From Candidatus Electrothrix sp. GW3-4 (GTDB taxonomy: Bacteria > Desulfobacterota > Desulfobulbia > Desulfobulbales > Desulfobulbaceae), in NCBI RefSeq assembly GCF_037902255.1, contig NZ_CP147990.1, positions 2,580,001-2,612,000 on the forward strand: a stretch of DNA of 32,000 bases, in the 5' to 3' direction. The notes under the pieces are model-generated. The model did no database searches, was not told the DNA's origin, and saw only the letters and a list, made by a program, of their open reading frames with translations. This document shows positions 1 through 9,073 of the stretch, piece by piece. A program made the translations under genes and the position numbers. Positions within the stretch are counted from its first letter, which is position 1. The number at the start of each line of letters is the position of its first letter.

Positions 1-1449
1 CCAGGAGATAATCATGGATAAGGGCAGCTCATTGACCTCGCACTCAAAGGCTCCAGCCAAGGCCACAGCGATCTGGATCGCCGAATAGGCATCATTACAC
101 TGACCAATATCCAGCAGCCGCGGGATACCGCCAATATCGCCCAGGTCCTTATCAAAGAAACGGAACTTACCACAGGCCAGGGTCAGGACCATGCAGTCAT
201 CCGGCACCTGCTCAACAAACTTGGTGAAGTAATCACGTCCCGGTTTGGCGCCGTCACAGCCGCCCACCAGAAAGAAATGGCGGATGTCTTTATTTTTCAC
301 CGCCTCAATCACTTTATCGGCAACACCAAGGACTGCATTGCGGGCAAAGCCGACCATCACAGACCCATTATCCACATCGTCCTGCCAGCCATCCATAGCC
401 AAGGCCTTGTCAATCACCGGCGTAAAATCCTTCCCGGCAATATGGCTCACGCCAGGCCAGCCCACCAGACCGGTTGTGAAAATGCGCTCCTGATACTCTT
501 CCTTGGGCTTTTGGATACAATTGGTGGTAAAGAGGACCGGTCCAGGGAAATTTGGAAACTCCTTATGCTGATTCTGCCAGGCTGTACCAAAATGCCCGTA
601 AAAATGCTTGTATTTTTTCAGCTCAGGATATCCGTGGCAGGGCAGCATCTCACCGTGGGTATAGACATCAATACCTTTTCCCTCGCTTTGCTTGAGGAGC
701 AGTTCAAGATCCCGCAGATCATGACCGGTGATCAGGATGCATTTGTTTTTGCGATGCCCCAGGGGAACCGAAGTGGGCACCGGATGACCGTAGGCACCGG
801 TATTGCCCGCATCAAGCAGCTCCATGGCCCGCAGATTGATCTCCCCGGCCTTCATGGCCATGGGCACGCAGGCCTCAATGGTCAGGCCCTCGGCCAGCAG
901 GGCAGACAGGGCCTCATACATAAACCCAGCAATGGCCGGATCGTTCTGACCCAGAATAGAGGCATGATCGGTGTAAGCAGCAATCCCTTTGAGGCCGTAG
1001 AGCAGGGTCTGTTTAAGAGAACGAATATTCTCATCGCTATCCAGGTTCGGGATGAATTGCAGCTCAGCCCCCTGCTCAACCAGACCAGCCACGGAGTCCG
1101 CAGGAGTAAAAGCGGCTGCAGGATGCTCGAAATCAACCTTCCCGCCTGCCTCGGTAATTCGTGTCTTCAGAGATTCACGGAGTTCCACCACCTTATTAAT
1201 CAGGACCACAAAACGTTCAGAATCAAAATTCACATTGGTCAGCGTGGAGAAAATCGCCTCCATAGTAAAACGGTCAACATCCTCATCAACAATCCCCTTC
1301 TGCCGCGCTTCATGGGCAAAGAGGGACATACCGCACAGGGCGTAGATCAAGACATCTTCGATGTCTGCGATCTCTTCGTTTTTACCGCATACGCCGACAG
1401 TGGTACAGGCGATGCCCTTGGCTGTTTGTTCACATTGATTGCAATACAT
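1..1449 (-). CDS. hcp: Hybrid-cluster protein / hydroxylamine reductase Hcp. The N-terminal 483 codons are present; the C-terminus lies beyond the window start.
   Basis: Absent from the ORF track because no stop codon falls inside the window. The reverse complement of 1449->1 reads MYCNQCEQTAKGIACTTVGVCGKNEEIADIEDVLIYALCGM... with the Hcp N-terminal C-x2-C-x8-C-x5-C cluster. Further Hcp-like stretches follow: ITGHDLRDLELLLKQSEGKGIDVYTHGEMLPCHGYPELKKY, FFLVGGCDGAK, LDIGQCNDAYSAIQIAVALA. The frame stays open to base 1. An SD GGGAGAG lies 4 nt upstream of the ATG. The 395-aa plus-strand ORF 277..1464 is its antisense shadow. Confidence 0.93.
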   Translation of the reverse strand, partial: MYCNQCEQTAKGIACTTVGVCGKNEEIADIEDVLIYALCGMSLFAHEARQKGIVDEDVDRFTMEAIFSTLTNVNFDSERFVVLINKVVELRESLKTRITEAGGKVDFEHPAAAFTPADSVAGLVEQGAELQFIPNLDSDENIRSLKQTLLYGLKGIAAYTDHASILGQNDPAIAGFMYEALSALLAEGLTIEACVPMAMKAGEINLRAMELLDAGNTGAYGHPVPTSVPLGHRKNKCILITGHDLRDLELLLKQSEGKGIDVYTHGEMLPCHGYPELKKYKHFYGHFGTAWQNQHKEFPNFPGPVLFTTNCIQKPKEEYQERIFTTGLVGWPGVSHIAGKDFTPVIDKALAMDGWQDDVDNGSVMVGFARNAVLGVADKVIEAVKNKDIRHFFLVGGCDGAKPGRDYFTKFVEQVPDDCMVLTLACGKFRFFDKDLGDIGGIPRLLDIGQCNDAYSAIQIAVALAGAFECEVNELPLSMIISW

Positions 1450-1539
1450 AGTTACTCTCCCTGATGAATGTTATGCAGCGTTTATCCGTTTATTAGTTAT
1501 CTATAGGTTCACAAAGTATATTTTTGTGATTATGGGTGA

Positions 1540-1581
1540 ACTATACAGGGAATATTTTTTGTAGACATTGATCTGCGTCAA
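1540..1581 (-). promoter_or_regulatory. Predicted CRP/FNR-dependent (class II geometry) promoter of hcp: an FNR-type box TTGATCTGCGTCAA plus a TATAGT -10.
   Basis: TTGAT-N4-GTCAA at 1568..1581 matches the FNR consensus TTGAT-N4-ATCAA at 9 of 10 positions. On the minus strand TATAGT occupies 1545->1540. The box centre (1574.5) lies 29.5 bp upstream of the first base of the hexamer, which is the -41.5 spacing of class II FNR/CRP promoters. There is no experimental support. Confidence 0.45.
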
Positions 1582-1880
1582 AAAAACGAAAAATATAGCA
1601 GAGCGAAACCGAGGATCATACCCCTTACATACTCCACGGAAAAGCATTCCGTCTCCTCTATAGGCCAACGATCTCACCCCAGTGCTGCCAACGGCTTCTT
1701 TTGACGAAAAAGTTCCGATTTTTGAGGAGTCATGGCCTGGAATGAATCAGAAAAAAATGCTAACATTGAAACAGAGGGATACAAGGTATATCTTATTGAT
1801 ACAAGGTGGAAATACAAGGGTGTAAAACAGAGCGTTGATGCCCTGCTGATATTTTACTCTTAGACAAGGGGAAAAATAAC

Positions 1881-2177
1881 ATGAAAGCACAGAGACGACC
1901 TGAGCAGAACAGAATCTCCAAAAAAGAATTCTTTGACATCTTTGGCTTGACACCTAGCGGGGCATCACAACAAACCGGCATCCCTTTAGCTGAGCTTGGA
2001 AAAATAATAGGACAAATCGCAAGGAGAATGCATATTCCACCTCGTTCAGTCCTCAACCAAGTAAGATATTTTAGAATTTCTGAGAGCTTTCTTATGAATA
2101 TTGCTGTCAAGTACAATAGGCCTAACAGGCGCGCTACCCAACAAGACAACAAAGAGCAGCGCAACAAAATGGGATAG
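1881..2177 (+). CDS. Hypothetical small basic protein (98 aa) with a possible helix-turn-helix.
   Basis: ORF with an SD-like AAGGGGA 9 nt upstream of the ATG. The segment SGASQQTGIPLAELGKIIGQIARR fits a generic HTH pattern. It lies in an AT-rich spacer between hcp and its putative regulator. I recognise no family, and it could be non-coding. Confidence 0.3.
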   Translation: MKAQRRPEQNRISKKEFFDIFGLTPSGASQQTGIPLAELGKIIGQIARRMHIPPRSVLNQVRYFRISESFLMNIAVKYNRPNRRATQQDNKEQRNKMG

Positions 2178-2300
2178 GGTTGACAGCTGGTGTGATATCC
2201 GTGAAGATAAAGCGTCTGGGATATCCTGCTGAGAGAAAAATCCATTCACGGGCCGGAAAAATAATTCCGAAAAGATAATCGCACCGAGAGGCGACACATT

Positions 2301-2966
2301 GTGCTGAACAAAAAAAAGCTCCTTGCCGAATCTGTCCTGTTTAAAGGGCTTACTCCTCCCCTGCTCCAGCAGGTTTCCGATCTGGCAACAATAAAACGAT
2401 TCCAGCGAGGAGAAACAATCTTTTTTGAAGGCAATGAGGCAACTGGCTTTTATATGGTCGGCCAAGGCAGGATAAAAATCTTCAAGATGTCTCTGGATGG
2501 AAAAGAACAGATTCTCCACATCTTCGGACCAGGTGAACCCTTTGGCGAGGTTCCGGTTTTTTACGGTAGTCCCTTTCCTGCCAATGCCATGAGCATAGAG
2601 CCTGCTGTAACACTGTTCTTTCCCCGTCAGAAGTTCATTGACCTGATCAACACTACCCCTTCTCTGGCCCTTTCCATGCTGGCGGTCTTATCCATGCGCC
2701 TACGCCGCTTTGCCGCCCAAATAGAGAGTCTTTCCCTGAAAGAGGTCCCGGCCCGGCTGGCCACCCACCTGCTCTATCTTACAGAGGAGCAGAACAATAC
2801 CAGCATGGTTACCCTTGATATTCCCAAAGGACAGCTTGCGAGTCTCCTGGGAACCAGCCCTGAGACCCTCTCCAGAATTTTTAACAAAATGACAAAACAA
2901 GGGCTGATCAGGGTCAGTGGAAAAAAAATCACCATCCTCTCCTATGACAACCTGCTGGAAAGCTAG
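2301..2966 (+). CDS. Crp/Fnr-family transcriptional regulator (HcpR-like by context), GTG start.
   Basis: The 221-aa product has an N-terminal cNMP-binding-type beta-barrel (FKGL...RFQRGETIFFEGNEATGFYMVGQGRIKIF...GPGEPFGE) and a C-terminal HTH (KGQLASLLGTSPETLSRIFNKMTKQGLI). The recognition helix carries E-x-x-S-R (2862..2876), as in FNR. There is no N-terminal Cys cluster, so it is not an Fe-S O2 sensor of the FNR type. It is divergent from hcp. Confidence 0.85.
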   Translation: MLNKKKLLAESVLFKGLTPPLLQQVSDLATIKRFQRGETIFFEGNEATGFYMVGQGRIKIFKMSLDGKEQILHIFGPGEPFGEVPVFYGSPFPANAMSIEPAVTLFFPRQKFIDLINTTPSLALSMLAVLSMRLRRFAAQIESLSLKEVPARLATHLLYLTEEQNNTSMVTLDIPKGQLASLLGTSPETLSRIFNKMTKQGLIRVSGKKITILSYDNLLES

Positions 2967-3005
2967 AGAATATCCAAGAAGTTTTCTAACAGCTGGGGCC
3001 CCTAC

Positions 3006-3812
3006 TCATCTCGTGACTTCTCCAGGTAATCTCCCGACCTTTCTTCCTCTCCCCTTCATCCCTTCATAGCCTTCATAACGCGCACCCGATACCTCCTCTG
3101 CCGCCGTTGCGATCCTCCTCCGCAGAGATTCTGCCTTATAGTTACTGACCACTTGGCGCAGCAAAATATCTTCCAAACTGACTGGCCGATCATAATAGGC
3201 CGTATTCAATGCGCTCTGTGGGGTTATAACCGCCCCGGCAAGCGACACACCACTGATAATCCCCATCATGGACCGGGCAAAAGAAAGAATATCGGCTGGA
3301 TGTTGCAGAGATCCATCACCAACAGGCCCAGCTGCAACAACGACCTTAGAGTCAATCTTGAATTCAGACGAAAGCATGGCCTGCATCCCCTGCTCCGTCA
3401 TGATCAAAAGAATAATCTCCGCGGCATCCGCACCAATTTGCAACCCCATTGACACCGAGTCTATTGCGTAAAATCCTGGATAACTCCATTTCCCGGTTGT
3501 AAGGCTACGGGCAAACAGCAATCCGGTCCCTTCAGAACTCCCTATCAGAAATGTTCCTCTGAGCATCTGCGGAACGATAAAAACACCACGAACCGTGCTC
3601 ATATTATCCCGAAACCATTTCATATTGGGGTCTTGCAAAAAGGCACGCAGCACTATATTACTTTTTTCGACTAATTCTCCGGCATCTAACAGATCCTGCG
3701 AAGATGATGCTGTTTTTGAGAGTCCCCGAGCAGGGAAAAAGAGAAGAACACAACAAAGAAACAGGCCCGTTGAGATTCCTGAGGCCAGAAGGGGAGATTT
3801 TAAAAAAAACAT
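3006..3812 (-). CDS. SYLF (Ysc84/DUF500) lipid-binding-domain protein, exported or membrane-anchored.
   Basis: The ORF-track entry 3006..3845 begins at a TTG. I prefer the in-frame ATG at 3812 (MFFLKSPLLASGISTGLFLCCVLLFFPARG, a signal/anchor-like N-terminus) with AAGGA upstream. The core VRGVFIVPQMLRGTFLIGSSEGTGLLFAR...GKWSYPGFYAIDSVSMGLQIGAD...KVVVAAGPVGDG matches the SYLF domain pattern. Confidence 0.75.
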   Translation of the reverse strand: MFFLKSPLLASGISTGLFLCCVLLFFPARGLSKTASSSQDLLDAGELVEKSNIVLRAFLQDPNMKWFRDNMSTVRGVFIVPQMLRGTFLIGSSEGTGLLFARSLTTGKWSYPGFYAIDSVSMGLQIGADAAEIILLIMTEQGMQAMLSSEFKIDSKVVVAAGPVGDGSLQHPADILSFARSMMGIISGVSLAGAVITPQSALNTAYYDRPVSLEDILLRQVVSNYKAESLRRRIATAAEEVSGARYEGYEGMKGRGRKVGRLPGEVTR

Positions 3813-3974
3813 AAGATCCTTTATAAGGTTTTGAAGAGTGAACAAAGCAAAAAACTCTCCTCACAGCCTCAAAATATCCGGGAGTGCAGTTACCTGACTG
3901 CACCGGAATGACCTGTGCTTTTTTCTTAAAACAAATGACCGGCATCAATAAATGACCGGTCATACCAATGCAAC

Positions 3975-4133
3975 TCAATCGGCTTCAAAAAAGTACTCTT
4001 TCTCTGCCTGGCACTTAGGACAAACCCAATCATTAGGCAGATCTTCAAAAGCAGTTCCAGGATCAATACCGTTATCCGGATCGCCCTCTTCCGGGTCATA
4101 AACATAACCACAGGGGCACTCATACTTTTGCAT
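3975..4133 (-). CDS. Rubredoxin (52 aa), with an atypical first Cys knuckle.
   Basis: Below the 60-aa threshold of the ORF track. The reverse complement gives [52 protein letters not shown], with AGGAGG 8 nt upstream of the ATG. The near-canonical rubredoxin core (GY.YDPE.GDPDNG..PGT.F.DLP.DWVCP.C) is present. The 80-aa ORF 3926..4168 is the same DNA read in another frame. Confidence 0.88.
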   Translation of the reverse strand: MQKYECPCGYVYDPEEGDPDNGIDPGTAFEDLPNDWVCPKCQAEKEYFFEAD

Positions 4134-4368
4134 TGTTCATTCCTCCTGTTGAAAAAATAGCGTTCCACGTTACTTCCTTGAATGCGTACAGCTTCTCTGC
4201 CAACTTATCGCTTGATCAAACGGAGCACCAAAGAAGCCCGTATAAAAAAGACTATAATTAACCTGGTACTATTAAGCAAGAAAAAGCCGTTGTTTTCTCC
4301 CCTGGCAATCCCCTGGCCCTTCCCCCTGTTTCCAGCGGATAAATTATCCAAAAACCATCCTTTTCCCC

Positions 4369-4398
4369 TTGACAAGAGAGGGTGTCCTGTAGTCTAAT
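4369..4398 (+). promoter_or_regulatory. Candidate sigma70-type promoter for rplU-rpmA.
   Basis: TTGACA at 4369..4374, an 18-nt spacer, then TCTAAT at 4393..4398, about 65 nt upstream of the rplU ATG. This is a sequence match only. Confidence 0.35.
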
Positions 4399-4461
4399 TA
4401 TATTTTTGACTCAGAATAATTTGATAATCTTTTATCATTGATCATATATGGAGGAAGGAAT

Positions 4462-4770
4462 ATGTATGCCATAGTACGTACTGGCGGAAAACAGTATCAG
4501 GTTGCGACCGGCGATACTTTACGGGTAGAGAAATTAAACGGTGAGGTCGGTGACACAGTCGAGCTTTCTGACGTATTGCTGGTCGCAGACGGAGAGAATA
4601 TCCGGGTCGGAACCCCTGCAGTTGAAGGCGCTAAGGTTGTCGCTAAAATCGTTGAACAGGGCAAATCGAAAAAAGTGCTTGTTTTCAAGAAAAAGAAACG
4701 CAAAGGGTATCGAGTCCTACGAGGCCATCGTCAGCTTTTCACTGCTCTGAGTATTCAGGAGATCATGTAA
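4462..4770 (+). CDS. rplU: 50S ribosomal protein L21.
   Basis: [25 protein letters not shown]... is the typical L21 N-terminus. GGAGGAAGG lies upstream of the ATG at 4462. The track ORF starting at 4438 is an upstream extension. Confidence 0.95.
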   Translation: MYAIVRTGGKQYQVATGDTLRVEKLNGEVGDTVELSDVLLVADGENIRVGTPAVEGAKVVAKIVEQGKSKKVLVFKKKKRKGYRVLRGHRQLFTALSIQEIM

Positions 4771-4839
4771 GGCATCGTACGATGTCTTTGGCATGCATTC
4801 TGACCATTAATCTTTTATTTATTTATCTGGAGAGAACTC

Positions 4840-5097
4840 ATGGCTCATAAAAAGGCAGGCGGTAGTTCGAGGAACGGCCGCGATAGCGCAGGACAGCGGC
4901 GCGGTGTAAAGCGTTTCGGCGGGCAGACCGTTACCGCAGGCAGCATTCTTGTTCGTCAGCTTGGCACCAAAATCCATCCCGGAACCAATGTTGGCTGCGG
5001 ACGTGATTATACCCTGTTCGCCAAAGTTGACGGCGTGGTCACCTTTGAAGACTTCGGCAAGAACCGTAAACGAGTGTCTGTTTATCCTGAGGCCTGA
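4840..5097 (+). CDS. rpmA: 50S ribosomal protein L27.
   Basis: [29 protein letters not shown]...[14 protein letters not shown] is the canonical L27 sequence. GGAGAG SD upstream. Confidence 0.97.
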   Translation: MAHKKAGGSSRNGRDSAGQRRGVKRFGGQTVTAGSILVRQLGTKIHPGTNVGCGRDYTLFAKVDGVVTFEDFGKNRKRVSVYPEA

Positions 5098-5158
5098 TTG
5101 CCCTGGACAAAAGCGGTAAAAAAGAACAGCTGATGTGATTCGGCGGTCTACGAAGCAT

Positions 5159-5195
5159 ACTCGACATCATTTTCTTGGTGTCGAGTTTTTTTTTT
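5159..5195 (+). terminator. Rho-independent terminator downstream of rpmA.
   Basis: An 8-bp perfect stem ACTCGACA (5159..5166) / TGTCGAGT (5179..5186) with a 12-nt loop, running into a stretch of 10 T (5186..5195). Confidence 0.65.
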
Positions 5196-5200
5196 GCTAA

Positions 5201-7491
<2,291 letters not shown>

Positions 7492-7621
7492 CTCCGATCC
7501 AGCGGTCGGGCCAACAAAAAAATAAAAAATGATCGAGCGAGTTGGAGAAATAACTTAAATCCCGGCCACATGATACTGCAATGGAATAACCAGAAGAAAT
7601 ACACCACAGGCTTTGCCCATA

Positions 7622-7651
7622 TTGACAAACAGCACGCAACTGCGATATGAT
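7622..7651 (+). promoter_or_regulatory. Candidate sigma70-type promoter for the binding-protein/kinase pair.
   Basis: TTGACA at 7622..7627, an 18-nt spacer, then TATGAT at 7646..7651. This would give a leader of about 125 nt containing the hairpin ACGTAA-N12-TTACGT. Sequence match only. Confidence 0.35.
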
Positions 7652-7781
7652 CACACAGGATGCTACTATTGCACGTAACGGGACTTTTTCTTACGTCCTT
7701 TATACTGGCCCATATATTCTTCCTGACCATCTGCTTCTCTGACCGGGCACTCCTATCAACCAATGCGTTGTTAAGCTTCAT

Positions 7782-9050
7782 ATGTTTTCTACCAGGAAAA
7801 AAATATACCTCCTCCTGCCCTTCCTCTGCATTCTTCTTCTCTCACTCTCATGCTGCAAAAAGGCTGAACAGTCTTCTCCCTACTGCCTAGATACCCTTGG
7901 CTGCGTCCATATCAAGCCTGGCGCACCTCTTCGTATTGGGGTTCTCCAGGCCTTAAGCGGTAAAATTGCCCCCTTAGGTAAAGCGCAGATTCGAGGTTTT
8001 ACCCTGGCATTGAATGCTCGCAATGGCACTATCCTGGGCCACCCTGTTGAATTGCAAATTGAAGATACCGGTTGTACAGCCGAAGGCGGGGCCAATGCAG
8101 CCCTGAAAATAATTGCAAACCCCCTGATACCAGCCGTCTTTGGTACGACCTGTTCGGCCTCGGCAGCCACGGCCTCCAAGGCTATGTCTGCTGCGGGCCT
8201 TGTTATGATCTCTGGTAACAACTCTGCTCCGTTTCTCACCTCCATAGGGGGCCATCCTGCTCCTTGCTGGCAACCCGGATATTTTCGCACCGCCCCTAAC
8301 GAGGAAAAGGCTGGGCGAGCCGCCGCAATCTACGCCTATACCCGCCTTGGCCTGCGAACAGCGGCAACTATCAACGATAATGATATCTATACCATAGGCC
8401 TCACTGATGGTTTTCGCAAGGCATTCGAAGAACTCGGTGGCAAGGTTGTCCTCAACACCTCGATTAATAAGGGAGAAACCCAAATGCTCCCTGTTCTGAC
8501 CGCTGTGATGCATTCCAGGGCAGAACTCCTCTTTTTTCCCCTTTTTCAACCAGAAGGCAATCATCTCCTCATCCAGGCCCGTCAGCTCCCAGAACTAGCC
8601 AATACGGTCCTGATCAGCGGCGGGGCGCTTATTGACGAAACCTTTCTCAACAATGTTGGTGAGTCTGCTCTTTCCATGTACTTTGTCGGCCCAGAAAAGC
8701 CTACCGGGGAAGAGGTTGATCGTATCACCACGCTCTATATGGAAGAATATAACGAGGCACCAAGTGTCAGTTATTTCCTCAGTGCCTATGATGCTGCATC
8801 CCTGCTTTTTTATGCTCTTGAACGAAGCGCTCGCACGGATAAAAAGAACATATTACATATCGGTCGGCAAACCTTGCGAGACACGCTCTCCAGTATTACC
8901 TCATTCAAGGGCGTCACAGGTGAGCTTACCTGTAATCGTTTCGGCGATTGTGCAACGCCCCATTTTAATATTCTACGTTTTGATGACCCCACCCAAGGGG
9001 TAAAGGGACTGGAACACAATGTCCTCTTTACCTACCCCCCTAAGGAATAG
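7782..9050 (+). CDS. Periplasmic type-I solute-binding lipoprotein (LivK / branched-chain amino-acid-binding family fold).
   Basis: Signal peptide with lipobox (LLLSLSCC). LRIGVLQALSGKIAPLGKAQIRGFTLALNARNGTILGHPVELQIEDTGC...AVFGTTCSASAATASKAMSAAGLVMISGNNS matches the Peripla_BP_6-type pattern. It lies 23 nt upstream of the kinase gene. Confidence 0.85.
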   Translation: MFSTRKKIYLLLPFLCILLLSLSCCKKAEQSSPYCLDTLGCVHIKPGAPLRIGVLQALSGKIAPLGKAQIRGFTLALNARNGTILGHPVELQIEDTGCTAEGGANAALKIIANPLIPAVFGTTCSASAATASKAMSAAGLVMISGNNSAPFLTSIGGHPAPCWQPGYFRTAPNEEKAGRAAAIYAYTRLGLRTAATINDNDIYTIGLTDGFRKAFEELGGKVVLNTSINKGETQMLPVLTAVMHSRAELLFFPLFQPEGNHLLIQARQLPELANTVLISGGALIDETFLNNVGESALSMYFVGPEKPTGEEVDRITTLYMEEYNEAPSVSYFLSAYDAASLLFYALERSARTDKKNILHIGRQTLRDTLSSITSFKGVTGELTCNRFGDCATPHFNILRFDDPTQGVKGLEHNVLFTYPPKE

Positions 9051-9073
9051 ATCTTTTTTGATACGAATCATCC

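Noticed and set aside
277-1464. A 395-aa plus-strand ORF, the longest entry of the track in this region.
   Set aside because: It lies exactly antisense to an unmistakable hcp reading frame (minus strand, 1..1449). Its translation is low-complexity and H/G/R-rich with no recognisable motif, which is typical of a shadow ORF.
3926-4168. An 80-aa minus-strand ORF ([15 protein letters not shown]...).
   Set aside because: The same DNA in another frame encodes a near-perfect rubredoxin with a strong SD. The 80-aa frame has no SD and no recognisable features.
4182-4397. A 71-aa plus-strand ORF upstream of rplU.
   Set aside because: It overlaps the likely rplU promoter, has no SD, and is a K/P/L-rich sequence with no motif. 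The region is better explained as divergent promoter DNA for rubredoxin and rplU.
7660-7890. A 76-aa hydrophobic ORF spanning the start of the binding-protein gene.
   Set aside because: It is out of frame with, and overlaps, a well-supported lipoprotein gene by 109 nt. It has no SD, and its hydrophobicity reflects T-rich sequence.
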